Positions 19,375 to 29,094 of a stretch of DNA of 64,000 nucleotides are shown here, in pieces. How positions within the stretch are numbered: the first letter of the stretch is position 1; every line of letters starts with the position of its first letter. The position numbers and the translations under genes are program-made. Under the pieces are notes generated by a model. It made no database searches. It saw nothing but the letters and a program-made list of their open reading frames with translations, and had not been told where the DNA came from. The stretch is from Candidatus Omnitrophota bacterium (GTDB lineage Bacteria; Omnitrophota; Gorgyraeia; Tantalellales; Tantalellaceae): contig JBDRNE010000115.1 of the NCBI GenBank assembly GCA_043811395.1, positions 12,212 to 76,211 of the forward strand. Direction: 5' to 3'.

Positions 19375-20136
19375 ATGATTAAGTTGAAAGATGTAAGCAA
19401 ATCATTTAATAAACAGCTTATTTTAAAAAATCTTAATCTTGAAGTAAAAAAAGGCGAGTCATTAGTGATTATAGGTAGGTCCGGTTGTGGAAAAAGCGTT
19501 TCATTAAAGCATATGATAGGTCTTGTAAGGCCGGATGCGGGATCTGTTCTGGTGGATGGAACGGATATTTCGACGCTTAAAAGTGAAGAGCTTGATCGTA
19601 TGCGGTTAAAGTTCGGTATGCTTTTTCAGGGTGCCGCTCTTTTTGATTCGTTAACTGTATTGGAAAACGTCGGGTTTCAGCTTTTTGAATATGCGGACAT
19701 GGCATTTGTGCAGATAAAACGTCGGGTATCAGAGTGCCTTGGAATGGTAGGCTTGCAGGGTATAGAAAATATGAAGCCTGCCGCGCTTTCCGGAGGCATG
19801 AAAAAGAGAGTTGGTTTGGCGCGGGCGATAATCATGAGCCCAGAAATTATTTTATTTGATGAACCGACGACTGGAGTCGATCCGGTAACCGGAGATGTTA
19901 TTAACAAGCTTATAAGGCATTTGCATAATACGCTTAAAACGACTTCAATAACCGTAACGCATGACATGAAAAGCGCGTATCAAATTGCGGATAGGATAGC
20001 CATGCTTTATGATAAGCAGATAATTGGGATCGGAACGCCTGATGAAATTAAAAATTCAAAAAATCCAATTGTTAAACAATTTATAAATGGCGACGCGGAA
20101 GGACCTATAACTCAGGGGAATGGTTCCAGATTTTAA
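19375..20136 (+). CDS. mlaF: MlaF family ABC ATPase
   Basis: GRSGCGKS, FQGAALFDS, LSGGMKKRVGLARA, DEPTTGVDP. Confidence 0.92.
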   Translation: MIKLKDVSKSFNKQLILKNLNLEVKKGESLVIIGRSGCGKSVSLKHMIGLVRPDAGSVLVDGTDISTLKSEELDRMRLKFGMLFQGAALFDSLTVLENVGFQLFEYADMAFVQIKRRVSECLGMVGLQGIENMKPAALSGGMKKRVGLARAIIMSPEIILFDEPTTGVDPVTGDVINKLIRHLHNTLKTTSITVTHDMKSAYQIADRIAMLYDKQIIGIGTPDEIKNSKNPIVKQFINGDAEGPITQGNGSRF

Positions 20137-20149
20137 AAGGGGGAAATGT

Positions 20150-20842
20150 ATGTATAGAAATGAAAAACTGGAATTAAAAGTGGGACTCTTTATGGGGGTC
20201 GGTGTATTTTTAATGTTTTTAATAGTTTTTTCCATCAGCGATATGTATGTTCTCAAAAAAGGGTATAACCTTTTTTCAGTGTTTGACATGGTTAACGGAA
20301 TTACCGCAAATGCTCCGGTTAGGTTAGCTGGGGTCCATGTGGGAGACATAAAAAAAGCGGAAATTTATTTTGATGAAACACTGGGAAAACCTCGGGTTAA
20401 ACTGGATATAAGAATTAATGGTGATGTAAAGATTTCAAGCGATGCAGTCGCAAGAATAAACACGTTAGGCCTTTTAGGAGAACAGTATTTGGAAATAACT
20501 CCGGGCAAGTCCAAACAGTTTTTAGAATACGGAGATAAATTGTTATCCAAGAATCCGATAAATGTTGGTTCTGAAATGGAAAAAATGAAAGAATTGATGC
20601 AAAGCACTTCTCAGCTTATACAGCATATTGAGCGCGGAGAGGGCACGCTTGGCAAACTTCTGACGGATGACACTTTGTATAATGATCTCACCGTTATTTT
20701 TGGAAGGCTAAAAAGAGGGGAAGGAACACTCGGCAAACTTCTTGTAGAAGAAGAAGTATATGATGATATGGAGGAATTTACGGAGGACATAAAAAAACAT
20801 CCGTGGAAACTTTTACACAAAAGTTCGAGCAATGAAAAATAA
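20150..20842 (+). CDS. mlaD: MlaD/MCE domain protein
   Basis: ELKVGLF TM segment, APVRLAGVHVG, GLLGEQYLEITPG, GEGTLGKLL repeats. Confidence 0.9.
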   Translation: MYRNEKLELKVGLFMGVGVFLMFLIVFSISDMYVLKKGYNLFSVFDMVNGITANAPVRLAGVHVGDIKKAEIYFDETLGKPRVKLDIRINGDVKISSDAVARINTLGLLGEQYLEITPGKSKQFLEYGDKLLSKNPINVGSEMEKMKELMQSTSQLIQHIERGEGTLGKLLTDDTLYNDLTVIFGRLKRGEGTLGKLLVEEEVYDDMEEFTEDIKKHPWKLLHKSSSNEK

Positions 20843-20909
20843 AACAATATTTTTTATTTATTCGAAAACAGGTTCTTATTAAGTTCTGAAAAAGAAAGGA
20901 ATTGGTAAA

Positions 20910-21947
20910 ATGACAGTAAAATTTATTAGAGTCTTTTTTGTGGTCTTGAGCGCGGTATGTGGATATTATTTATTGCCGCTATTGCCGGTTGTTCCGGCAT
21001 GTTCGCCTCTTATCGGCGCGGGGATAGGGATGGCGAGTTCGCTTATTCTTATAATTATGGAAGCAAAACTAAAAGGTGTTTCTTTGAGGGACCTTTCAGC
21101 TAGTCTAGTTGGGCTTGGTTTCGGCTTTTTTATGGCGTGGATGATTACATTAATATTGCGGTTTATTCCCATGGATGAAATTTTTTATTCAGTGCTCAGA
21201 ACAGTTTTTACTTTAACTTTTTGTTATTTAGGTATGGTAATATCAATAAAAGGAAAAGACGAATTTAATCTTGTAATTCCTTATGTAAGATTTTCTCGGG
21301 AAGATAGAAGAAGCCAGATATATCTTTTAGATACCAGTGTTGTTATTGACGGTAGAATCGCCGGTATATGCGAAACAGGTTTTTTAGAGGGGAAACTCAT
21401 GGTGCCGCGTTTTGTGCTAAAAGAACTTCAGCAGATAGCAGATAGCGCTGATGATGCGAAACGCAATAGAGGCAGACGCGGGTTGGATATGTTGGAACGG
21501 CTTAAAACGGTAAAAGGCGCGGAAATTATAATACACGAAGAACCTTTACCCGAGATTAAGGAAGTGGATGCTAAGCTTGTTCGTCTGGCAAAAATACTGG
21601 ATTGCCCAATTATTACGAACGATTTTAATTTAAATAAAGTTGCTAGACTGGAAGGCGTAGCGATTCTTAATATTAACGATCTTGCTAATTCTATGCGACC
21701 TGTGGTTTTTCCGGGAGAACAACTTAACGTTTATATTCGAAAAGAAGGAAAAGAAAGAAACCAGGGAGTTGCTTTTATGGATGACGGTACAATGATAGTC
21801 ATCGATAACGCGAAAAAATATATTGGTAAAAACGTTAATATTGCCATAACAAGCGTTTTGCAAACGTCAGCCGGGAAAATGATATTTGCGAATTTGATAG
21901 AAAAAAACAATTCACAAAAAAGTAGAGCTCCTCATAGAAACGCGTAA
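20910..21947 (+). CDS. Membrane PIN/TRAM domain protein (YacL family)
   Basis: N-terminal TM helices, LLDTSVVIDGRI, VLKELQ.IADS, RGRRGLD, TNDFNLNKVA, GKE..QGV..MDDGTMIV, LQTSAGKMIF. Confidence 0.92.
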   Translation: MTVKFIRVFFVVLSAVCGYYLLPLLPVVPACSPLIGAGIGMASSLILIIMEAKLKGVSLRDLSASLVGLGFGFFMAWMITLILRFIPMDEIFYSVLRTVFTLTFCYLGMVISIKGKDEFNLVIPYVRFSREDRRSQIYLLDTSVVIDGRIAGICETGFLEGKLMVPRFVLKELQQIADSADDAKRNRGRRGLDMLERLKTVKGAEIIIHEEPLPEIKEVDAKLVRLAKILDCPIITNDFNLNKVARLEGVAILNINDLANSMRPVVFPGEQLNVYIRKEGKERNQGVAFMDDGTMIVIDNAKKYIGKNVNIAITSVLQTSAGKMIFANLIEKNNSQKSRAPHRNA

Positions 21948-21971
21948 AGGCCAAAGGCAGTGATTCCGACA

Positions 21972-22454
21972 ATGAAGGAAATGAGAATAGGTGTTGGATA
22001 TGACATACATAAATTAGATAGTGGCTGTAAGATGGTTTTGGGCGGGATTAACCTTGCTAGCTCAAAAGGTTCTCTTGGACATTCAGACGGTGATGTTTTA
22101 ATCCACGCTATTTGCGATGCTATACTTGGCGCTTTAGGCGAGTGTGACATAGGGATTATGTTTCCTGACACGAACAGTAAATATAAAAATGCTGATAGTG
22201 TAGAGTTTCTATATGAAGTTAAAAATGTAATGCGGCGGAACGGGTGCCGGATAATAAATTTGGATTCGGTTGTTATTTGTGAAGAACCTAAAATAGCGCC
22301 ATATCGTGAAAAAATAATTAATAAGTTAAGTGATGTTTTAGAAGTGTCTTCTGACAGAATAAATGTTAAGGGGAAAACGTCTGAGAAATTAGGTGATATT
22401 GGCGCAGGCAATGCTATTGAATCTCAGGTGGTAGTTCTTTTAGAAAAAGGATAG
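21972..22454 (+). CDS. ispF: 2-C-methyl-D-erythritol 2,4-cyclodiphosphate synthase
   Basis: RIGVGYDIH, GHSDGDVLIHAICDAILGA, DIG..FPDT, KGKTSEKLG. Start may be 21972 or 21981. Confidence 0.95.
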   Translation: MKEMRIGVGYDIHKLDSGCKMVLGGINLASSKGSLGHSDGDVLIHAICDAILGALGECDIGIMFPDTNSKYKNADSVEFLYEVKNVMRRNGCRIINLDSVVICEEPKIAPYREKIINKLSDVLEVSSDRINVKGKTSEKLGDIGAGNAIESQVVVLLEKG

Positions 22455-22536
22455 GGGTAGTCGAAGAATTTGGGATATAACTATAAAAGTGTTCGTAATT
22501 TTTGACATTATGTATATTTTACGATGGAGATGAAAT

Positions 22537-23253
22537 ATGAATTGGATATATGGAATTATTGGGGTAGGGGTTGGTTATTATATTGTCGTGCGTGCGGTTT
22601 TTTCTGAAGCAATAGAAACCGCTTTGCAAAGAGACCCTGCCGCGTTAAATTCTTTGACAATAATTTTTACTTATTCAGGGTTTCATGCTCTTGTTTTATA
22701 TAGAATAGCGCATTTTTTGAAAAAGGAATGGAATATTCCTTTTTTTCCGCGGTTTATTTCACAATTCGCGAAATTTGTAACAGGCATTGAAATACATCCG
22801 GGGGCAAGTATTGGTAAAGGGTTTTTTATTGATCATGGCATGGGGGTTGTTATAGGGGAAACAACCATAATAGGTGATAACGTAACATTATTTCAGGGAG
22901 TTACTTTGGGTGGAACCGGGAAAGAAAGAGGCAAACGCCATCCGACTCTGAAAAACGATATTGTAGTAGGCGCTGGAGCGAAAGTGCTGGGAAATATTAC
23001 CATAGGAAACAATGTGTCAATCGGAGCGAACGCTGTAGTTCTTCGGGATGTTCCGAGTAATTCAACTGTGGTTGGCGTACCCGGACGTGTAGCTAAGAAA
23101 AGTGGACGGCGTATTCCCGGCGGGATTAATCTTGATTATACATCATTGCCCGATCCCATGCAAAAACAGCTTGAAAAACTACAACATGAGATAGACCATA
23201 TTGAACATGAAATAGAAGATTATCACAGTAGGAAAGACAAAGAAGACGAATAA
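22537..23253 (+). CDS. cysE: Serine O-acetyltransferase with hydrophobic N-terminus
   Basis: RDPAA, YSGFHA, TGIEIHPGA, FIDHGMGVVIGET, GVTLGGTGKE.GKRHPT. Confidence 0.93.
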   Translation: MNWIYGIIGVGVGYYIVVRAVFSEAIETALQRDPAALNSLTIIFTYSGFHALVLYRIAHFLKKEWNIPFFPRFISQFAKFVTGIEIHPGASIGKGFFIDHGMGVVIGETTIIGDNVTLFQGVTLGGTGKERGKRHPTLKNDIVVGAGAKVLGNITIGNNVSIGANAVVLRDVPSNSTVVGVPGRVAKKSGRRIPGGINLDYTSLPDPMQKQLEKLQHEIDHIEHEIEDYHSRKDKEDE

Positions 23254-23304
23254 ATGGGTGGCGGATGACAACTCTCATTTAATCATTTCGCCGAAGGTAA
23301 AATT

Positions 23305-23330
23305 GTTATCCCGGACGAAGAGCCGGGATC
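23305..23330 (+). repeat. Short REP-like hairpin (GTYATCCCGG...CCGGGATC type)
   Basis: ATCCCGG (23308-23314) pairs with CCGGGAT (23323-23329). Confidence 0.5.
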
Positions 23331-23403
23331 TATTTAAAATGTGAAATTTTATTATTAAATCATCGTCGAGAGGTTTTATTGAAAATTCGATTGTAAAAAA
23401 ACC

Positions 23404-23462
23404 GTGTCCGGCTTAAACAGGTTCTCGTCCGCCAGAAACAGTCTGCGGAACTCGCCTGACAC
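23404..23462 (+). other. Structured intergenic motif, copy A (candidate ncRNA or ssDNA element)
   Basis: Outer stem GTGTCCGGC/GCCTGACAC; conserved blocks AAACAGGTTCTCG and GTCTGCGGAACTCGCC shared with 63461-63552. Functional strand not established. Confidence 0.55.
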
Positions 23463-23517
23463 AAAAACCAAACGCCTTTTGCATGAATGTAGATACAATG
23501 AAAATAGCTGAAGAATA

Positions 23518-24972
23518 ATGATTACAATATACAATACACTTACGCGTCGGAAAGAAGAATTTAAGCCTTTAGAAGAGGGTAAAGTGCGGATGTACGTGTG
23601 CGGGCCTACGGTTTATGATGTGCCGCATATTGGACACGCGCGTAGCAGTTATATTTTTGACTGGATACGAAGATATTTAGAGTATTCGGGTTTTCGTGTG
23701 TGTTATGTCCGGAATGTTACGGATATAGATGACAAAATTATAAAAAAAGCCGCAGGGGAACTAAAAAAACGAAAAATAACCGGAACAGATGTTTTGTGCC
23801 GGAAAGTTAAAGAAGTCGCGGATTATTATTTAGAAATATATCATAGTCAAATGTCAGAAATGGGTATTAACGGTCCGGATTTAGAACCCAAAGCAACAGA
23901 AAACATTTCGCAAATGATAGAGTTTATAAGTGTTTTGATAGAAAAGGGATGTGCTTATGAGGTGGAAGGGAATGTATATTTTAGTGTTGAAAATTTTGCG
24001 GGATACGGGAAACTGTCTAATCGAGATAAAGAACAGATGATGAGCGCTGTTCGTATTGATCTGGATAAGAGAAAAAAATACCCGCTTGACTTTGCGTTAT
24101 GGAAGTCTGTCAAGAAAGACGAGCCTTTTTGGGAAAGCCCCTGGGGAAAAGGACGTCCTGGATGGCATATTGAGTGTTCAGTAATGAGTACCAGTATATT
24201 TGGAGCACATTTTGATATACATGGAGGTGGATTGGATTTAATTTTTCCGCATCATGAAAATGAAATTGCGCAGGCAGAAGCGGCAACAGGCAAAGATTTT
24301 GCCAATTATTGGATTCATAACGGGCTTTTGACTGTAGAAAACGAAAAAATGGCAAAGTCTTTGGGGAATTATATTACCATTACGGATTTTTTGAAAAAAT
24401 ATAAAGATCCAGATTTTTTAAAAATAGCTTTTTTAAATAGTCATTACAGAAGCCCTATGGATTATAGTGATGAGCGAATGGAAGAGTCACGCCGGGTTAA
24501 GGAACGGATTGTGGTATTTTTTGATAAGGTTAATAAACTGCAAAGTAGGTGTTCTGGTGAGTTTAACGGAGAGTTGAAAGTAAAAGAAGCTATAGCTGTA
24601 ATGAAGAAAAAGTTTAAAGAAGTTATGGATGATGATTTTAATACCGCAGTGGCAATGTCAGTTATGTTTGAAACCGTAAAAATTGGAAATGAGCTATTGG
24701 CTGACAAAAATACGCCGGACGGTGAAAAAAAAGCGAATTTAAAAACTGTTCAAGATACAATTTTAGAGTTTGCCGGTATTTTTGGATTAAAATTTGACGG
24801 GTCTGAAATTGACAAGAAGAAACAAAAGGAAATAGAAGAATTGGTTTCGCAGAGAATCGAAGCAAGAAAGAATAAGGATTATGCTACAGCGGATAGGATA
24901 CGGGATAAACTGACAGCTAAGGGAGTAGTACTTGAAGATACTCCAGAAGGGCCTGTTTGGAGAGTGAAATGA
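23518..24972 (+). CDS. cysS: Cysteine-tRNA ligase
   Basis: YVCGPTVY, HIGH, DFALWK, GRPGWHIEC, FPHHENE, KMAKS. Confidence 0.97.
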   Translation: MITIYNTLTRRKEEFKPLEEGKVRMYVCGPTVYDVPHIGHARSSYIFDWIRRYLEYSGFRVCYVRNVTDIDDKIIKKAAGELKKRKITGTDVLCRKVKEVADYYLEIYHSQMSEMGINGPDLEPKATENISQMIEFISVLIEKGCAYEVEGNVYFSVENFAGYGKLSNRDKEQMMSAVRIDLDKRKKYPLDFALWKSVKKDEPFWESPWGKGRPGWHIECSVMSTSIFGAHFDIHGGGLDLIFPHHENEIAQAEAATGKDFANYWIHNGLLTVENEKMAKSLGNYITITDFLKKYKDPDFLKIAFLNSHYRSPMDYSDERMEESRRVKERIVVFFDKVNKLQSRCSGEFNGELKVKEAIAVMKKKFKEVMDDDFNTAVAMSVMFETVKIGNELLADKNTPDGEKKANLKTVQDTILEFAGIFGLKFDGSEIDKKKQKEIEELVSQRIEARKNKDYATADRIRDKLTAKGVVLEDTPEGPVWRVK

Positions 24973-25610
24973 AAAAAGGTTTTTTTATTACTTTTGATGG
25001 GCCTGAAGGGAGCGGGAAAAGTACCCATTCAGTTAGATTGAAAGACGATCTTACTTTAGACGGATATGATGTTATTTATACAAGAGAACCCGGTGGGACT
25101 TTACTCGGCCAAAAGATACGGGACGTTTTGTTGAAAAATGAGGATATTAAACCTGGAAAACAGGCGGAGCTATTACTTTTTGAGGCAGATAGGGCTCAAC
25201 ATGTGGAAGAAATAATCAAACCAGCTTTGGACAAAGGAAAAACCGTTATTTGTGACCGTTTTAACACAGCTACTTTTGCTTATCAGGGATACGGTGCTGG
25301 TATGGATATAAATATGATAAGAAGCATAGATGATTTCGTAACAAACGGAATTTTTCCTGATATTACGCTGATTTTAGATATTGAGGTTAATATGGGGCTT
25401 TCGCGTGCCGGAAAGAGATGCTCTGCCGATAAAATGGAAAAAAGGCCGTATGAATTTCATGAAAGAGTAAGACAGGGGTACCTTGATATCGCGAAAAAGT
25501 TTCCTAAAAAGGTAAAGGTTATACAAGTAAAAAACGATATAGACGAGACATATAAATTTATAAAAAATGAGGTGTATGATTTTATTGGGCGGAATAAAAG
25601 GTCAGGATAA
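24969..25610 (+). CDS. tmk: Thymidylate kinase
   Basis: FITFDGPEGSGKST, TREPGGT, DRAQH, CDRF, AYQG; ATGA overlap with cysS. Confidence 0.95.
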   Translation: MKKGFFITFDGPEGSGKSTHSVRLKDDLTLDGYDVIYTREPGGTLLGQKIRDVLLKNEDIKPGKQAELLLFEADRAQHVEEIIKPALDKGKTVICDRFNTATFAYQGYGAGMDINMIRSIDDFVTNGIFPDITLILDIEVNMGLSRAGKRCSADKMEKRPYEFHERVRQGYLDIAKKFPKKVKVIQVKNDIDETYKFIKNEVYDFIGRNKRSG

Positions 25611-26568
25611 TGCCGTTAAATATCTTTCGAATTGCGTTAAGTCTGGAAGGATAGCAGGAAGTTTTCTGTTTTCGGGGCCCGAAGGCATAGGTCGGGCGCT
25701 TACCGCAAAAAGTTTTATTAAAGCATTAATGTGCCGAAAAAAAACAGAAGAAAACTCTACTTGCGAGGGATGTTTTACTTGCGCGAAGATTGATAAAGGT
25801 ACTCATCCTGATATTGTATGGATAAAACCTGAAAAAAATAAAAATATCAAAATAGAAGAGATAAGGAAAGTTAAAGAAGTATTGAGTTTGAAACCTTATA
25901 CAGCGGGGCTTAGCGTATGTATTGTTGAAGATGCGCATATGATGACCCAGTCAGCCGCGAATGCTTTATTAAAAATTTTAGAGGAACCGCCCAAAACAGC
26001 TGTACTAATTCTTATCACCAGCCGAAAAGAACTTTTGCTTCAGACTGTTGTGTCGAGGTGTTCGGAAGTAAGGTTTTCGTGTTTATCGGTTGAACTTGCG
26101 AAGGGCATTATTCTGGAGAAGTCTAATCTTACGGAAAGTGAGGCGTATTTTCTTGCCTGTTTAGCTCAAGGGTCTCCCGGAAAAGCTCTTGAAATGATGA
26201 ACGAAGATATTGGCGAAAGAAAAAGCGAATGTTTGGCAATGCTTGAACAAATTATTGATGAAGATAGTTCTGTGTGTTTAGACTGGCCGAAGGAAGGCAA
26301 GGATTATCTTATGGAAGACATTGAAATGATGATAATGTTTTTTCGCGATGTGGTTATGGGGAAAGAAGGATTAAAAAGCTCTGTATTTGACCGGAACGTT
26401 TTGGAGTCAAAAATATACCAGTTTTTTAAGAAATGCGGTATAAATGAAATATACCGGACAATTGAAAAGTTGATAGATATTAAACGCGCGTTGGCGGGGA
26501 ATGTAAACCCTAAATTGGTTGCGCAAATTTTGCCGGAAAGTATTAAAACCGCGAGTTGTGTGGGGTAA
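25576..26568 (+). CDS. holB: DNA polymerase III delta-prime subunit
   Basis: FLFSGPEGIG, CxxCxxC zinc module, HPD, AANALLKILEEPP, TVVSRC. Confidence 0.92.
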   Translation: MILLGGIKGQDNAVKYLSNCVKSGRIAGSFLFSGPEGIGRALTAKSFIKALMCRKKTEENSTCEGCFTCAKIDKGTHPDIVWIKPEKNKNIKIEEIRKVKEVLSLKPYTAGLSVCIVEDAHMMTQSAANALLKILEEPPKTAVLILITSRKELLLQTVVSRCSEVRFSCLSVELAKGIILEKSNLTESEAYFLACLAQGSPGKALEMMNEDIGERKSECLAMLEQIIDEDSSVCLDWPKEGKDYLMEDIEMMIMFFRDVVMGKEGLKSSVFDRNVLESKIYQFFKKCGINEIYRTIEKLIDIKRALAGNVNPKLVAQILPESIKTASCVG

Positions 26569-26629
26569 CGCTCAAAGCGGAGCAAAAATTACTTCAATGT
26601 ATATACTAAGGCTGAGGAGATTATAAAAA

Positions 26630-27439
26630 ATGAATGAAATTATACAGGTACAGCTTAGAACTGCCGGAGAAATAAAAAATTTTATTACAGGAGGATTAAA
26701 ATTCGAGGTTGGTGACAGGGTTATTGTTGAAGCTGACAGAGGGCTTGAATACGGGACGGTAGCCTCCCCCAGCGAAAAGGTTACGGAAGCCGTTAAAACT
26801 CCTGAAAAACCTTTACGAAAAGTAATCCGAAAAAGTAATCCCTGGGATGAAAAACAGATAGCAAAAAATAAGGCAAAGACAAAAGACCTTATGAATGTTT
26901 GTGAAAAGAAAATACAAGAACATAAGCTTCCCATGAAACTTGTTGATGCGGAATATTCTTTTGACCGGTCAAAAATAATTTTTTATTTCACATCAGAAAG
27001 CAGAGTGGATTTCAGGAATCTCGTAAAAAATTTAGCAAGTATTTTCAGAGTACGAATTGAGTTAAGGCAGATTGGGGTGAGAGACGAGGCTCGGCTTCTT
27101 GGCGGTCATGGATCGTGCGGCAGGGAGCTTTGCTGTATGTCTTTTCTTAAAAATTTCGAACCTGTTACAATTAAAATGGCTAAAGTCCAAAATCTTCCGT
27201 TTAATCCTTCTAAAATTTCAGGGCTGTGCGGTCGTCTTATGTGTTGTTTAGGATATGAATATGCTACTTACAAGGAAGCTTCGAAAGCATTGCCCAAGGT
27301 GGGTAAGGAGATTGCGACAGATCAGGGAAAATGTAAGGTGATAGCAGTTAATCCTTTGAAAGGAATAATTACAGTTGATTTTGGAGAAGGAAAAATAAAA
27401 GATATAAAAACAGAGGAAATAAAGGAGTTAAAGAAATAA
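26630..27439 (+). CDS. PSP1 / YaaT (RicT) family protein
   Basis: RVDFRNLVK, RIELRQIGVRDEA, CGRELCC, KISGLCGRLMCCL.YE. Confidence 0.92.
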   Translation: MNEIIQVQLRTAGEIKNFITGGLKFEVGDRVIVEADRGLEYGTVASPSEKVTEAVKTPEKPLRKVIRKSNPWDEKQIAKNKAKTKDLMNVCEKKIQEHKLPMKLVDAEYSFDRSKIIFYFTSESRVDFRNLVKNLASIFRVRIELRQIGVRDEARLLGGHGSCGRELCCMSFLKNFEPVTIKMAKVQNLPFNPSKISGLCGRLMCCLGYEYATYKEASKALPKVGKEIATDQGKCKVIAVNPLKGIITVDFGEGKIKDIKTEEIKELKK

Positions 27440-27441
27440 GT

Positions 27442-29007
27442 ATGAAAAAAAAACAGTTTTATATTACAACACCGATATATTATGTTAACGCGAATCCTCA
27501 TATAGGCCACGCATATACTCAAATCGCGGTTGATGTTTTATCCCGGTACCATAAAATGTTGGGTGAAGAAGTGTTCTTTCTTACGGGAACGGATGAGCAT
27601 GGTGAAAAAATAGAGGAAGCGACGTTAAAATCAGGATTGGGGCAAGGCCGCGAAAAAGAGTTTGTTGACAAAATAGTGCCGAATTTTAAAAAAGTATGGG
27701 ACATTTTGGGGATAGAGTACGATTATTTTATAAGGACAACGGATAGTGTTCACAAAGAAACAGTACAAGAGTTTCTTAATAAAATGAAAGAAAACGGTGA
27801 TATTTATCAGGGAGAATATGACGGATGGTTTTGTGTTCCATGCGAAACTTTCTGGACCGACGGTCAGGCAAAAGACGGTATTTGCCCTGAATGCAGTCGG
27901 AAACTTCAGCGTATAAAAGAAAAAAATTATTTTTTCAAAATGAGTAAATATCAAGATTGGCTTATCGATTATATTAAAGCTAATCAGACTTTCATCATGC
28001 CTAAAAACCGCAGAAATGAAGTTCTTGGGTTTTTGAAGGAAGAATTGACAGATTTATGTATATCACGTCCTAAAAACAGGATGTCTTGGGGAGTGGAACT
28101 ACCCTTTGATAAAGACTATGTTGTGTATGTTTGGTTTGACGCGCTTATAAATTACGCGTCAGGTCTTCGCGCGTGCCACGCGTTTGACAAATATTGGCCG
28201 GCAGATTTTCATATAATTGCTAAAGATATATTGCGCCATCACGCGGTTTATTGGCCGATAATGCTAAAAAGTTTAAGTATGGAACTTCCAAAAACCATTT
28301 TTGCCCATGGATGGTGGAAAATGGGAGACGAAAAAATATCAAAGTCCAAAGGCAATATAATTGATCCTGTTTTTCTCGCGGAAAAATATGGAGTGGACGC
28401 TCTTAGATATTTTTTACTGAAAGCGGTTTCTTTTGGGCAGGACGGTGTTTATACGGAAGATGCCTTTATCCACTTGTATAACAGCGATCTTGCTAATGAT
28501 CTGGGTAATCTTTTAAATAGGACGCTTACAATGCTTGAAAAATATTTGGTAAATCCTGTTGCCCCGAATCTAGGGATTATGCCGAAAAACGAAGTCGTAC
28601 AGTCGGGTAAGATTAGAAAAGCACTTTGTGATTTGTTCCCTCGGGTTAAGGAACGCATGGAAAACCCGAATCTTTTTTTAAAAGAAGCTTTAGAAGAAAT
28701 AATGTCAGTTGTCGGGATAGCGAATAAATATATTGAAGAAACCGCTCCGTGGAAATACAACAAAGCAAACAATAAAAAAGCGGTAGATTTAATTATTTCG
28801 GATTTACTAGAAGTATTGAGGTCGGTCGCTATCGCTCTTTTTCCTTTTATGCCACACGCGTCGCAAAAAATATGGGATCAGCTTGGGCTTAGAGGAGAAG
28901 TAAGGGGTGAAGAAATTTCTATTGAGAAGAACGCGGATAACTGGAGAAGGTTTCCTGCTGGAACAAAAATCGCGAAAAAAGATCCGCTTTTTCCGCGTGT
29001 ACAATAA
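27442..29007 (+). CDS. metG: Methionine-tRNA ligase (short form)
   Basis: YITTPIYYVN, HIGH, GTDEHG, YVWFDAL, KISKS; no C-terminal tRNA-binding domain. Confidence 0.97.
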   Translation: MKKKQFYITTPIYYVNANPHIGHAYTQIAVDVLSRYHKMLGEEVFFLTGTDEHGEKIEEATLKSGLGQGREKEFVDKIVPNFKKVWDILGIEYDYFIRTTDSVHKETVQEFLNKMKENGDIYQGEYDGWFCVPCETFWTDGQAKDGICPECSRKLQRIKEKNYFFKMSKYQDWLIDYIKANQTFIMPKNRRNEVLGFLKEELTDLCISRPKNRMSWGVELPFDKDYVVYVWFDALINYASGLRACHAFDKYWPADFHIIAKDILRHHAVYWPIMLKSLSMELPKTIFAHGWWKMGDEKISKSKGNIIDPVFLAEKYGVDALRYFLLKAVSFGQDGVYTEDAFIHLYNSDLANDLGNLLNRTLTMLEKYLVNPVAPNLGIMPKNEVVQSGKIRKALCDLFPRVKERMENPNLFLKEALEEIMSVVGIANKYIEETAPWKYNKANNKKAVDLIISDLLEVLRSVAIALFPFMPHASQKIWDQLGLRGEVRGEEISIEKNADNWRRFPAGTKIAKKDPLFPRVQ

Positions 29008-29094
29008 ATTTATGAGTTTAAAAAAAGATAAAACTGGAAGTTTTATAATCTATACCGGCAAAACAGTTTCGTATAAAACGCTTAAGAGGATTAT

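Noticed and set aside
22491-22518. dif site or sigma70 promoter before cysE
   Set aside because: Only a partial XerD-arm match with no XerC arm; the TTGACA has no correctly spaced -10.
23251-23517. T-box leader for cysS
   Set aside because: GGGTGGCGG only partly matches the T-box consensus, lies immediately after the cysE stop, and has no stem I or terminator.
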